DNA of 64,000 nucleotides from Heteronotia binoei (GCF_032191835.1 NC_083223.1:54746001-54810000), one strand, 5' to 3'. Shown: positions 11,189-24,045, numbered from the stretch's first letter. A program made the numbers and translations. Notes: generated by a model from the sequence alone, not told the origin.

Positions 11189-12205
11189 CAGGCCTCTTTT
11201 TCTAGCAGGAGCTCCTCTGCATATTAGGCCATGCCTCCCTGAAGTAGCCAATCCTCCAAGAGCTTAGAGGACTCTTAGTACAGGGCCTACTGTAATAATA
11301 ATAATATAATAATAATAAATTTTATTTGTATCCCGCCCTCCCCGCCTCGGCAGGCTCAGAGCGGCTAACAACATTTCTTAATAACATACAGTAATAATAA
11401 AAGCTTTACATTCAACAATATAAAACAATATAAAACATTATTTAACAACATTAAAAACCAGTCAATACAATTAGATAGTTTGGTCTTACAGTGCTGATGA
11501 TGTTTGACGCTAGTTCTGCCAGTTTATACACAGCGGTCTAGGTCTTTAAGCCGCATTGGCGGATCCTTATTTAACAGCCTTCTTTAGCAGTCTGAATAGG
11601 CAAGTTTAAAAAGGGTGGTCTTGCAGGCCCTGCGGAACTGGTCAAGGTTCCGCAGGGCACGCACCTCCTCAGGGAGTTGGTTCCATAGGGCAGGGGCCGC
11701 GGTTGAAAAGGCCCGTGCTCTGATGTTTTGATGTTTAATCTCTTTCGGCCCAGGGATAGCCATTAGATTTTTCCCGGCTGACCTCAGTGCTCTCTGGGGT
11801 TCATATGGGGAAAGACGGTCCCTCAGGTAGGCGGGTCCTCGGCCATATAAGGCTTTAAAGGTAATGACCAACACTTTGTACTGGACCCGGTATATAATCA
11901 GCAGCCAGCGCAGTCCACGTAGCCCCGGCCGTATATGTTCCCATTTCGGGAGTCCCAACAACAGCTTGGCCGCCACGTTCTGCACTAGCTGCAGCTTCCG
12001 GGTCCGGCACAAAGGTAGCCCCAAGTAGAGGGCATTACAGTAGTCCAATCTTGAGGTGACCGTTGCATGGATCACTGTTGCGAGGTCCCGGCGCTCAAGG
12101 AAAGGGGCCAACTGCCTTGCCCGCTACTGTAAACTCCAGGATGATTGGATACATTAGGGATGTGGCCTAATATGCAGAGGAGCTCCTGCTAGAAAAAGAG
12201 CCCTG
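11189..12205. mobile_element. hAT MITE (about 190 bp net) interrupted by L2
   Basis: About 40-bp TIRs, CAGGCCTCTTTTTCTAGCAGGAGCTCCTCTGCATATTAGGCC and its complement. 8-bp TSD AGAGAAGC (11181-11188) / AAAGAAGC (12206-12213). Confidence 0.85.
11296..12123 (-). mobile_element. 5'-truncated L2 LINE (ORF2 C-terminus at 11584-12111)
   Basis: TSRLDYCNALYLGLP...QLVQN...AFSTAAPALWNQLP, an (ATT)n tail, and a 9-bp TSD CTACTGTAA at 11287-11295 and 12124-12132. Confidence 0.92.
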
Positions 12206-12613
12206 AAAGAAGCCATGTTGGATCATGTCGATGGCTCATCCAGTTGAACTCTCTGTGTCGCACAGTGGCCAAAAAACCCAGGTGCCATCAGGAGGCCTAT
12301 CAGTGGGGTCAGGACACTAGAAGTCCTCACACTGTTGCCCCTCCCAAGCACACAAGAAGTCCTCACACTGTTGCCCCCCCCCCCAAGCAGGACAGGTCAA
12401 TAAGACACAAAGGCAGCTTCCCCAGTGGCCCAATCCTTGTCTGTCCTGGGGCTGGAGAGTAGAGTTGCTCTCCATGGAGACTGAGTGACACGTTGTTCAA
12501 TCAATGAGAGGGTAGGTGAGTCATCACCTTTTCTATAGGATACCCTTGCTGTGCCTTGCAGAGTCACATCAAGGTAGTCCATTAGGCATTTATATGAAAC
12601 AAGTTCATTAGCA

Positions 12614-12687
12614 CTTCATTAATGCTTTACTGAAATGTTTAAAATTAATACTTCATTAATGCTTTATTGAAATGTTTAAAATTAATA
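12614..12687. repeat. 37-bp tandem duplication
   Basis: CTTCATTAATGCTTTA(C/T)TGAAATGTTTAAAATTAATA x2. Confidence 0.9.
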
Positions 12688-13365
12688 TCAAAATCAAATC
12701 CAGAGACAAACCTGAGCATTTTGCAAAGATGTACATGTCAAGAGGCCTTTTTAATACTAGGCAAGCTACTCCTAGAGAAGTGACAAGGGCTGGAAAAGGC
12801 CAAGTGAAAAGGCTGTGGCGATTTCTCCCTGTCCTTTCTGTACTCCACACTGCCCACAGTGGCTTTTCTCCTTACTGAGGTCCTAATGTGGCTATTTATA
12901 TATTTGACATTTATGAGTGTGGTGAGGCAATTTGCCACATGAGTAGGGTTTAGAACACACATACTCCACCTCTTCTTTGATCTTGTTTGTCACTTCTGGC
13001 AACAGTGGTTCTACTTTAAAAGAGCTGTTAGGTAACATATCCACTTGCATATAATGTTTTCCTTTTTCCACCGGTAATAGCCATTAGATTGACCACAACT
13101 AGAAGCACAGTATTTTCAGTTGTGGAACCCAATTTCAATATGCCTCCTCCCTTATTCTATTGTGATGTTGCTATTAAGGGGATAGGCAGCCCAACTGTGA
13201 TAGTTATACACATTTTACAGCATAATTTTGGAAAAGAGACCAAGCCTCAAATCTGTTCCCAGTACTTGTCAGAGATGTGTAACAACAAAGAGTAACATTT
13301 CAGACTGATGACAGGGACAAAAATGGCCTCAAGTGCCATTCTATGGACTGCTCATGGACACCATT

Positions 13366-13662
13366 ACAAACAAAATTTGAGTCCAATGGCATCTTTAAAA
13401 CCAACGAAGTTTTATTCTAGGTATAAACTTTCATGTGCACACACACTTCTTCAGATATAGTGAAATTACAAGTCCATACATATAGATGGAGGATGAGCAG
13501 TAAATTAGCATACAGCATAATTAAAATATTTAATAGATTCAAGGGCCAAACAGGAATAACAAGCTAAGTTTATTTGGTTACCATCTGTTTGAGTTTAGTT
13601 CCTGGGGAAAACTCAAATTTTGTTCTGCTGCTTCAGGCCAACATGGTTACCTACCCGAACCA
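13366..13662 (-). mobile_element. Penelope-like element terminal fragment with a decayed minimal hammerhead motif (13420-13457)
   Basis: The minus strand reads CTGAAGA-A-GTGTG-TGTG-CACAT-GAAA-GTTTATAC...TTGGTTTTAAAGATGCCATTGGACTC, resembling reptile Penelope-like element ends as I recall them. Confidence 0.6.
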
Positions 13663-14629
13663 TTATGAAACCAATATACTCTGATTATCATTTGCTGTTA
13701 TTACTAAAAGCATCTTTCCCAAGTGGCTTGCAGAGGCTTTCCACAGCTCTGCTTCCTGAAAGAATTCTGGCAAATCAAACCTGCCACACTTATGCATGCA
13801 GTTCTAAGCACTGATCTGTGGTCTTCCTCCTTGGGGACTAACAAATAACTTACCACAGCAGTTCTCAAATTGTGGATCAGGACCCCAAAGTAGGACATAA
13901 CTCTATTGCAAGTGTGCCATGAGGCCAGGATAGAGGAGGGAGAATGGGATAAGCTGGAAGAGGAGGCCTGAGAACCTCAAAGGGAAGTCTGGATTTGCCT
14001 CTGATGTGTGAAATGGCCATGAAATACAGCCTGTTGGTCAGTAATGACAAACAGGGAGACAGACAGCTTTTTTAGACAGACAAATGGATAGACTATTTCT
14101 GTGATAAACAGAAATATATATTAACTGATATGTTTCAGAAGACGAAAGTAACATGGAATTACTTTGCAGTGGGGGGGGGGGTCTAAAATACAATGGGAGG
14201 GGGAACCAAGTATGTGCAGACTTTGCAAAGTGGGACTGTCCTGCTTTCTCTGCACACTGCTGACCACTCCCACATTTCCACTGGCACAGATTCCACAGAT
14301 TATCAGGGACATTATCAGAGCCAAAGATGGGACAGGAATTGGAGAGAGGAATCAGTGAGAACTGCTGACCCCTCATCCAAAGTGCCAACCAAGTACCCAG
14401 AACTGTGTGGCTGGATATGTGACAGTAAGTTTAGTAGTGGGGTCTGCTTTAAAAAGTTTGAGGAACAGTGGACAACTGTGCTTCCATCCCAGTTATCAAA
14501 TGTGAATTGCTGGCTACAAAATAGTTTGTGGTATGGAAGCAGGGACCATTTTACACCAGACTGGCAGAGATTCAGAAATAACTGGACAGCTGGAAAGAAA
14601 TCTGTTTCTATTTTTACGTGCTTTCTCAC

Positions 14630-14652
14630 CAATCAACAAGTTAATGAACTGT
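14630..14652 (-). other. Candidate 23-nt micro-exon
   Basis: CTACTTTATTCTAG|ACAGTTCATTAACTTGTTGATTG|GTGAGA. The acceptor is only moderate. Confidence 0.2.
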
Positions 14653-15712
14653 CTAGAATAAAGTAGCATTTTTTTTCTTTCTGAGCTGCCTTTTGCACAT
14701 CCTATTGTTATAGAATTCATTGCTGACACATTTCACCCTTGATCTGCTAGGGCACTACACTGAATCTAATGCAACTGAGATCATATCAACAAAATAGGCT
14801 GAACTGTGGCAAAAATGATTTTAAAAAGCTATTACTATGATTTCTAAATAGTGTTTATTTATAACAAACACACTTAATTTTAAAGCTTTTGTGAATTCTC
14901 AACAGGATACTGTAATTCTATAAATAAGATTTTTAATTCCATTAACCCAAATTTATATCCTTTATTTTTTCTTTCACAATGGCTCTGGCATACTCCCTTG
15001 CTGTTTCACATTACAAAATGTTATGAGGTACCATCATGGAGGATGCATGTGCTAAAATGCAATAATTGTGTTTGTTGGATTACAAATTACATGGAGTAAT
15101 TTGTTTTATTTAGCCAGGTAGAAGAAAACAGAAACAATTACTGAAATTAAAGGTCTATCAGTATGCTGCAAAATTCTCTTGTGAATTAAAAACTTAATTA
15201 AACACATTTTTAAAAAACAAAACAAAACAAAGAACAGAACAGAACAGAGAATCAATGTGGATAAAATAGCAGATTTTAGAGGTAGTGAACTCTTTAGAAA
15301 ATCTTTACCAATCTTAAAAATAACTGTGAAAGAACAAAAGACTATCTAAAACATAACAGATATGTCAGCAGAATTACAGTGCAACGTAAACTGTTTAAAT
15401 TATTAAACTGTTTAAATTATTGAATTATTATGTTTTTGGTCATATACTGTTCATTGTGATCTGCTCTAAACACACTTGTGGGGAGGGCAGAATAAAAATC
15501 ATAACAAAAAACCAAAACTGTTACACACCTCTAAACTCACTGATGTCAGTGAACTTGGGGGGAGGTAATGGTTAGGGATTTACTGTTGGCCAATAGGGGG
15601 AAAATATCAATAAACTGTGATTGGGAATCAAGAAAACAAAACCTTCTCCCATACTATCCAGCCCAAAAGCTAAGCCCTTTCTTCTATGCCCTGTTCTGTA
15701 TCCCCACTTGCA

Positions 15713-15950
15713 GCGCTTAGGCAAGCAGTGATCAGGAACAGGGTATTTTCAGTGGTGGCATCTCACCACTGGAATGCTCTCTCCATTGAAGCTTGCTTGC
15801 CACCTACTTTTAGGTTCCAGGTTAAAAAATATTTCTTTTTACCCAGGCCTTTAATGAGTTTAAAATTGTCAATGACAATGTCATTCTTGGTTTGATCAGA
15901 TTTCATTGGTTAAATCTTTCATATTTCCTAAATTTATGTTTCTGTTTCAT
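15713..15950 (+). mobile_element. Degenerate L2 3' fragment; its tail appears to resume at about 17221-17420 after the L1 piece
   Basis: RNRVFSVVASHHWNALS...FQVKKYFF resembles the L2 C-terminus. Confidence 0.55.
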
Positions 15951-15964
15951 GACCTGCCTGTTAA

Positions 15965-17220
15965 GACGCCTGCTAAAGAAAATTAAACTCTGGCAAAGAG
16001 CTCTTAATGAGTTCATTTGGTCTTGTCGCAAACCCAGAGTTGGATTTCAGACACTCTGCCAGCCTTCAAATTTGGGTGGTCTGAACATCCTGAACCTGGC
16101 TTTATATTATGCTGCTGCTTCTCTGGTTCCATTGACTCAGGCGCCAAAATTGAATTCTGTTGAAGCCTGGATTTCAATAGAAACTTTTTTTCTTCAGCAT
16201 TTTTGTTACCTGTAACCATCTGGTCCCCTTCTAAAAATAGACCTAATTTGGTTTCTTCTAACCCCCTACTGGACAACATGCTCAAAATATAGAACAAATA
16301 CAGGAAAATTTTAGCTCTAGGTATTTCCCCTTTAATGACCTTCATTAACCAGGATTGGTTTCCAGCAGGGAAGGATCCAGGTGAATTTAAGGAGTGGAGA
16401 TCCACTGGTCTGTTGTCTATAAATAACTGGATTAAAGATGGGGAACTCTTAGATAAATCCTCAATGGGAAAAAAGTTTGGAATTAAGGCCTTCTGGATTA
16501 GATCTTTCCAATTAAAAAATCTTATCACTAAACTAATCATGTCTAAAGACTTACTCCAGTCATTAACCCCATTTGAGGAATTAATTCAGAAGGGGAATGA
16601 AGGTAAACAAGGCATGATTTCAGCTCTCTATAAATTATTAGTAACAGCAGTATATAAGGACTCTCTACCATATTAAAAAAATGGTCAAATTCTTTAAAAT
16701 TTACCCTCTCTGAATCTGATTGGAAACAGATATGGAACTCTCCCTCCAATATTTCCAACATGGTGGGTCTTCCATTGCCTTATTCCCCGGAATTCTTATT
16801 ATTGGATTTTTGGGCTGATTCACTGATAGATAAAACTATCAAAACTTTTGTCTCAACATTGGTTGCTTCTGCTCACTTGGTTATTGCCAGGAATTGGAAG
16901 TCCCCCACAAGAAGTTCCTTACTTAGACAATGGTATCAGAAACCCTGGGAACAATTTTTGATGGGCAGGATTATGCATAATCCATTGTTTTGGACTCTCG
17001 TGTGGTAGTTCCCTTATCAGAGTATGATGAAACATGGAAACTAGTTTTAGAGTTTTTGTGCAGTAAGGATATAATTCCCTTGATGCAACTAAAGCAAGAA
17101 GTTTGGTAACTGTGAATGTAGGGTTTGTAACAGTGTTGATGGGATTCTTGGCTATTATGTGTTTTATAGTTTGGTTGTATATTTTTCTATTGAAATAAAA
17201 TATTTATTTAAAAAATAAAA
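15965..17220 (+). mobile_element. 5'-truncated, decayed L1 (ORF2 C-terminal part and 3' UTR)
   Basis: FIWSCRKPRV...LGGLNILNLALYYAA and ASAHLVIARNWKS motifs across broken frames. AATAAA at 17194-17199 followed by an A-rich end. Confidence 0.8.
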
Positions 17221-17439
17221 TTGTTTTTACAATCTGCTTCTAGCCTGAGGACTAGATTTTAGGCTGCCGAATGTTTCATGCAGTTTGTATGAACTGGCTG
17301 AGTTTTTAATGATTTGTGAATTTTAATTATTTTATTATCCTTTGTAATTTCATCATGTGAGATGTAATTTCATCATGTGAGATGCTTTCAGCAGGTTTCT
17401 GGAGAGGTAGAGGTATACCAGCCATCTGTTATATAAAAT

Positions 17440-17627
17440 GACATGTTATTGGTTTTAAGCTGTATTGTTTTTATGAAGTGAAATGTTACTGGTTTTAATG
17501 TTTAAATGTTAATTATTTAATTGTTTTATATTTAAAATTGTTAAATTTATGTTTGATTAGTTGTTGGAAGCCGCCCTGAGCCACTTGTGGGAAGGGCGGG
17601 ATACAAATCCCAAATAAATAAATAAAT
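17440..17627 (+). mobile_element. L2-type 3' tail
   Basis: GGAAGCCGCCCTGAGCCACTTGTGGGAAGGGCGGGATACAAAT...(AAAT)n. Confidence 0.6.
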
Positions 17628-18194
17628 ATACATTTTCCAAGTAAACAGATATTGCGCCTGATAAAAATATAAAAGAGGCAAATCATTTTAGGTGGTTTGG
17701 GGGTCATGGGGAGAAGTTGATACTAAAGAATTAATCAGTCATCTGAACAGAATCTTCATGCAAACCGGTAGCCTCAGCAACTGCCCACTCATTTACATTC
17801 TCTGCGGTGGCTCCCACTTTGTGGAAGGGGTCACAGTTCTCTCATTCTGTAAAAATGTGCAAAACAGAAATGTTCAAGAATGCATTCTTCTAATGGGAGG
17901 GGCACTTTCTTATATAAGTGGGAAGTAGGTACTGCATTGCCTGAATCTTTGTAATCCCACATGGCTTGCACTATGCCAGCCTGAGCAGTTAGGCTATCAA
18001 TAAATATATATTAAAGGTATGAACATGAAGGGCCTGGCATGATGTGGTCGATGAGGTTACAAAGAGCTGTGTGACTGAACAACAACAACCTTTGAGTCTG
18101 CATTCTGGCAGCTGTAATAATACTTCATGGTTTTATTGACAAAAAAGATAGTTGTAGTGTCCTAAACACATATTTTAAAAATATGTCAAATGCA

Positions 18195-18630
18195 AGGTCT
18201 ATCAAGCTCAATATTGTCTACTCTGATATGCAGCTATTCTCCAGAGTGTCAGGCCTTTTGCATTACCTACAACCTCAGCTGTCCACTAGAGATTATGAGG
18301 AATGAACTTGGAACCCTCTGAATGCAAAGCAGGTGCTCTAGTTTGGTGTAGTGGTTAAGTGCGTGGACTCTTATCTGGGAGAACCGGGTTTGATTCCCCA
18401 CTCCTCCACTTGCACCTGCTGGAATGGCCTTGGCTCAGCCATAGCTCTGACAGAGGTTGTCCTTGAAAGGGCAGCTGCTGTGAAAGTCCTCTCAAGCCCC
18501 ACCCACCTCACAGGGTGCCTGTTGTGGGGGAGGAAGATATAGGAGATTGTAAGCTGCTCTGAGTCTCTGATTCAGAGAGAAGGGTGGGGTATAAATCTAC
18601 AATTCTTCTTCTTCTACCACTGAGCCACTG
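18195..18630 (-). mobile_element. tRNA-head SINE (outer) interrupted at 18339/18616
   Basis: GAACTTGGAACCCTCTGAATGCAAAGCAGGTGCTCT|ACCACTGAGCC rejoins as a reversed box B / box A head. Confidence 0.65.
18340..18615 (+). mobile_element. tRNA-derived SINE (Squam3-like, name from memory) with a (TTC)n tail
   Basis: Box A TGGTGTAGTGG, box B GGTTTGATTCC, an L2-like 3' region, and tail TTCTTCTTCTTCT. Confidence 0.8.
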
Positions 18631-19944
18631 TTCATCCCCTAGAGAGGTCGGGTAATCAAAAGAGGGAAGTGGAGTCAGTTTCAACCAATTCATTCTCCTT
18701 GCTGCAGTTCCCCTTGCTCTATGGAATTTTGTCTGTGTCTGTCTCTCAAACTCTGAGCATCAGCTTCTTGGGGTCATAGGCACTGCTGGCGGAAGGGAAA
18801 AACAGGAAATATTCATAACTACAAATTTCTTCCCTTCTCACCTTCTGTACTATTTTATGCTTCAGAATATTTGACAGGGAGTGGGGAACGAATGGGAGAA
18901 TAACTGCAGTAAGAGAAAAGATCTGGTTGAGGAGTTCCTAAGTGCTGCCAGATGGCACAGACCATGAAATGAGGCAACGTTGAGCTGACTTCAATGTCAC
19001 GTAGCAATAAATGTGAAGAAGGTTACAAAAGCTCACTAATGTAATTGAGAAAGAAACATCAAAGAGTTCTGAAACTCATAAAAAGTTCATAGGTGGAAGT
19101 TGAGAAAGAGGTGGTTAGAGGCTGTAAATAGTGCTGGTGAATGAATTGTTGAACATTAGCAACACTAGCTAAAGACAAAGGGAAAAATGGCAATTCTTCA
19201 GTGAGCTCTAGCAAAGCCTCATCATTTGTGGTGGGGAACCATCCTGTATGCTTCCAAAATGCACTCAGATAATTTTGTATCCCACTTTTCTCTCCCATGG
19301 AGTCTCAAAGCAGTTTAGAGAAAATATCAACACAATTTAAATAAGCAAAAATACAATGTAAATTAGCAACAAGAGGGAAAGTTCTCAAAACATTTTGGTC
19401 TGGGATTCCCAAGGGGTGATCCATCAAAGAGGCATGAACAAGGAGCCACAAGCCATGGGCCCTTTGGCTCTTACTTTTTAGCTCATTCCAAAGGCTCATG
19501 TCCCTGACCACACCCAGGTTTTAACTACCTGGAACTGGAGAAGGAAAAAGTTCAGCCCAGGTCTTGATCCCCTGGCAGTCATTTTCCCACTATTTCTCCA
19601 ATATGCTAGTTGAGATCGTGTGCAGTGCTACAGTGATGCATGCAGCCAACAACTTGCTCTACCCAAATCAGCTTTTCCTAGGCTCAGCAATACTAAGAAA
19701 AGGAAAGGCAGTATGAAAAGAGGTAGAAAGGGGGTGGAGTTTGAGATTACATGGATTTTTGTTGTTGTTAGGGATTTCACTCTGACTAAAGTTGCTAAAA
19801 ATAGTCTTTTGACTGCTATTCCAATTGTTCAGTTTCCTGGACACCTCATTTAACACCTACTAAAACAAATGGAAATGCTTTTCATTGATTTCGGCAACTA
19901 TCAGGAGAACCTTCTGATACAATTTACAGCATTTAAGCACTCAC

Positions 19945-19969
19945 TTCTCTACTGAGAAAGTGCTCCACA
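19945..19969 (-). other. Candidate 25-nt micro-exon
   Basis: Strong acceptor TTTCTTTCTGTTCTACCTTCCCAAG| and donor GAA|GTGAGT flank TGTGGAGCACTTTCTCAGTAGAGAA. Confidence 0.35.
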
Positions 19970-21261
19970 CTTGGGAAGGTAGAACAGAAAGAAATGAAAT
20001 AGTTAATGTGCTATCGTCAGTACAAATAGTTTTCCGGGATGCAAGTGTGACAGATGCGAGTTATTTTTTACACAAGAATAAATCATTCTGCCCTTTAGCT
20101 GTCAGGCTGTCAGCTTCACCTCTGTAATTTGGAAAGAGTACTTCCTACTCTTTCATAAAATGGCAGATTTCAGGTCTGCAGCCTTCTTTGTAAGTAATTG
20201 CTGGTTTCATAAGAGCCGACACTCTCTTTTCATAATAGCTAATATTCTCAGGCAAAGATTCCTTTATTTAGAAAGAAACCTCAACACCCACTTTCTTCAA
20301 AGTCTAAATAATTAACCCTGTAAATCAAGGGTGAGGATAAGATCACCTTTAAACATTTTTGTAGCACCATATGCTACCTTTCTCCCCTCCCCACCAATGT
20401 TTTTTGTTGATAATTTTTTTTTTTACTCTTAGATGACTGAATAGAGAATTCTGCTAACTTGGATGGGGCTGCAGTAGGGATAAATGCATCTAAATTTCTG
20501 CTTCCATTGCATCTATTAAACATCTTTGCCTCACCCAAGTCAACAATCTATTATTTTTTACAAAATATCTTTAGAATGAGGAATGTGGAAGTAGAGAATA
20601 GAGAAGCAATCAGAAACAAGAAAAAAAAATCAATATTTAGGCTGATTGATAAATTAGTATTTTTTTTTCCGTAGAAGTGAAAGTCATCTGAGAGCATCAT
20701 GTTCTGATGGCTTGACACATATGCAGAACAGTAACTAAGTTTGCCATTAAAAACATTTTAACAGAAAGAAACGGTCATGGCAGGCATAGACAAAATGGCC
20801 TAAATGTTCCTTGCTAAATCTATCAGTTCCCACAGCAGACCTCTGACACCCCCCCCCCCAAATATTCCTGGGGGTCTCCCATTCAATGGAAACAGCATTT
20901 CACAGTACATCTTGAGCTGCAGCAAAAGGGACATATTTCCTGTTGCAGAAATGTTAGGCAGGATTGAAGCCAATAAATGCTACCCAGTTGAAAGATAGCG
21001 TAACTGATGTTTCTCTGGATAGTCAACTGACAAGATGGTGTCGATGCAGCTGTTCTGATTCACAACGCTCTGCAAGTGATTAGCTAATTTTACTATTTTA
21101 TCTTAACCTATTGCTGGGCTTTTATTTAGCATAACACATTTTTAAACAGTGGCTTGTAGAAGCTTGCTTTAAGTACTTACTTTTTGAACTGCTACCTAGG
21201 GACACTGCAGCAGGCATGGCTATGTTCCCTGGGTCTTCCTGTACTCATCGTACAGCATAGT

Positions 21262-21460
21262 GAAAGCCAGCACAGTGTAGTGGTTCAGAGGGGTAGACTT
21301 GAAGCCAGCTGGGTGACTTTGGGCAAGTTACAGTTCTCTCAGAACTCTTTCAGCCCCATGTACCTCACCTGGTGATTACTGTGGGGAGAGCCATTTTGAG
21401 ACTCCTTAAGGTAGATAAATGTGGGGTATAAAACCCAACTTTTCCTCCTCCTCCTTATAG
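21262..21460 (+). mobile_element. Degenerate tRNA-head SINE of the 18340 family
   Basis: AGCCAGCACAGTGTAGTGGTT head, GGGGTATAAAA, and a (CCT)n tail. Confidence 0.55.
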
Positions 21461-23521
21461 CCAATGCCTACTTTAGCAGTATTATTTGTTTATTTTGATT
21501 TTTTACAATTTTGCCTTTCCCCCAACAGTTAGTGCTCAGGGAAGTTAACAACATAAATACAAAACATAAATAAAAAGCAACTGTTCTATGAAACAATGTA
21601 GTACACTGGCACACTGGAATGACAATGAGAAAAGTACAGTCAGTAAGGACTGTAAAAGTGATTTTCCCCTTGTATCATTCCTTGTATACTTTTGGCTGGT
21701 TGCTTTGGTTCTCTGGCTTTCACTGTGGGATTTTTAGATTTGTTTTGTTTGGTGAATATGTCGCATGGGTTTCATATGTAACTTGTACAGTATGCCATTT
21801 AATCATATGTATCCAATTTGTTGATACACAAATAAAATTGATAAGTTTGTACATTTAAGGGAATGAAGTGCAAAGAAACAGGAAAGCTGAGCAATAACAA
21901 AGGAATCATGACTTTGAATCGCATGAGGGAAAAACAGAGCCTGATTTTTTTTGGGGGGGGGGGGAATTTGGTATACAAAATAGCAAAGATGAGAAATTCG
22001 AAGCTTCCCAAGTTGAAATTATAATAGTCATGGTGATAGTAAAGGAGGAAAGGAGACACAGTAATGAGTATTCAATTGCATTATGCTGGCAATTGCGCTC
22101 AGAAAAAGAATTCTCAGGATGATTCAATATTTGCAAAACACCTGTTTAAAATTTTAGTTGAATTGTGTGCCATGGCAACTTTCTGTCGAGTTGAGCAACT
22201 CTTAAGATTGCTTTCATATCACCTAGTCCCTAATCTGTTTAACCGAGAATGTCAGGAACTGAACTTGAGACCTTCATGCTAAGCAGTTGCTCTACCACTG
22301 AACGACAGTCCTGCTGCTGACATTAGTCTCCATCACATACCTTTCCTGGTGGCCAGTCTGAACAATACAAATTCTCTGGGCCAATATGGCTCAGTCATAT
22401 TACCGAAACTGGTTCATCATAGTCTACTGATTTAAATAGGACCCAAATTTCCATCAAGCAATTTCCATCTGGCAATTGGGAATTTGGGTGCCTCTTGTAA
22501 AAGAGCAGGAAGAATTCAATAGACATCTCACAGAACACAAGCCTACTCTGCCTTGGAGCTCTCAGGACAGGTTGCTATCTTACAGTCTAGCCTCACAGGG
22601 TTGATACAAAATAAAATGGCAGGAAATGCTTGCTTTATGCTCTGCTGAGGAAGGGTGGGGTAAGCCAAAATAATGTGGATGAATAAGAGACATTTATAGT
22701 ACCTGAAGAACTATGGATGGAGGCTCGTGACATTGTACAGAAGGCAGCAATCAGCACCATCCCAAAGAAAAAGAAATGCAAGAAAGCAAAGTGGCTGTCT
22801 GATGAGGCTTTACAAATAGCTGAGGAAAGAAGGAAAGTGAAAGGCAAAGGTGAAAAGGAAAAATTCACCCAATTGAATGCAGATTTCCAGAGAACAGCAA
22901 GAGATAAGGAAGCCTTCCTGAAGGAACAATGCAAAGCAATAGAGGAAAATAATAGAATGGGAAGGACAAGAGATCTATTCAAGAAAATTGGAGAAATCAA
23001 GGGAACGTTTTGTGCAAAGATGGCCATGATAAAGGACAAAAATGGTAGGGACCTAACAGAAGCAGAAGAGATCAGGAAAAGGTGGCAAGAATACACAGAA
23101 GAATTATACAAGAAGGCTCTCAATGTCCCGGACAACCATGACAGTGAAATCGATGACCTTGAGCCAGACATCCTGGAGAGTGAAGTCAAATGGGCTTTAG
23201 AAAGCATTACTAACAACAAAGCGAGTGGAGATGACGGCATCCCAGTTGAGCTATTCAAAGTCCTAAAAGATGATGCTGTTAAAGCGATGCACACATTATG
23301 TCAACAAATTTGGAAAACACAACAGTGGCCACAGGATTGGGAAAGATTGGTTTATATTCCAATCCCAAAGAAGGGTAATACCAAGGAATGTTCAAACTAT
23401 CGTACCATTGCACTCATTTCACATGCCAGCAAGTTCATGCTAAAGATCCTACAAGCTAGGCTTCAGCAGTATGTAGATCGGGAACTACCAGAAGTTCAAG
23501 CTGGGTTTTAGAGAGGTAGAG

Positions 23522-24029
23522 TGTCAGTGTTCAGTTGCTTTAAGACAACTAAAAACTGCTGAATCATTTTGTTATGTAACTAAGCTATACAGGAGTCACG
23601 AGAATCTCAGGTGCAGCTAATGAAACAATCACTGTTATGATTGGTGGGCTGTACTATATTAGTGAAAAGCCTTGCCCTGTGTGGGTGTGGTTGATGGTTG
23701 ATGATAGAAGGAGCAGAAGGACGTTGTGAGTGAAGGAGTAACATCTTGCTTGTATACTGAAGCTCTGGAGGATTGCACGGCTACTGAATTGTATGGACTG
23801 GATTTTGACTTCTCTACCTGGACTTAGAATTGGTACTGTATATTGGACAGACTGACTTTAATGTGTATGACCCATTGGCTTGCCTGAGACTGCTTCTTAC
23901 ATGTTAACCCAATACAACTGTTTACTCGGCTGTCTTGGAGTTTTGTTTTCTTTACCACAGTGTTCTGGAGTTGCACTCTACTACCTACTCCTACAGGGGC
24001 ACCTTCCTACGCGTATAAAAACTCTGTCA
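23522..24029 (+). repeat. Copia 5' LTR (508 bp)
   Basis: TGTCAGTG...CTCTGTCA. No difference from the 3' LTR seen by eye. Confidence 0.95.
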
Positions 24030-24031
24030 TC

Positions 24032-24045
24032 GGTTATGGGCCCAG
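24032..24045 (+). promoter_or_regulatory. Primer-binding site for an internal (half-molecule) tRNA-iMet primer
   Basis: GGTTATGGGCCCAG is complementary to CUGGGCCCAUAACC of initiator tRNA-Met, as in Drosophila copia. Confidence 0.9.

Larger units (their letters stand above)
11168..12470 (-). mobile_element. CR1 3'-end fragment split by nested insertions (11168-11188 plus 12206 to about 12470)
   Basis: CATAAGAACATAAGAGAAGC|CATGTTGGATCA matches the CR1 3' end at 57953 onward. The right boundary is approximate. Confidence 0.65.

Noticed and set aside
15388-17382. Small tandem duplications (17 bp at 15388, 20 bp at 17343; also 1126, 10888, 12319)
   Set aside because: Ordinary slippage or repair duplications with no spacer structure; not CRISPR-like.
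18340-18410. tRNA gene
   Set aside because: Boxes A and B run into a SINE body and tail, with no complete cloverleaf.
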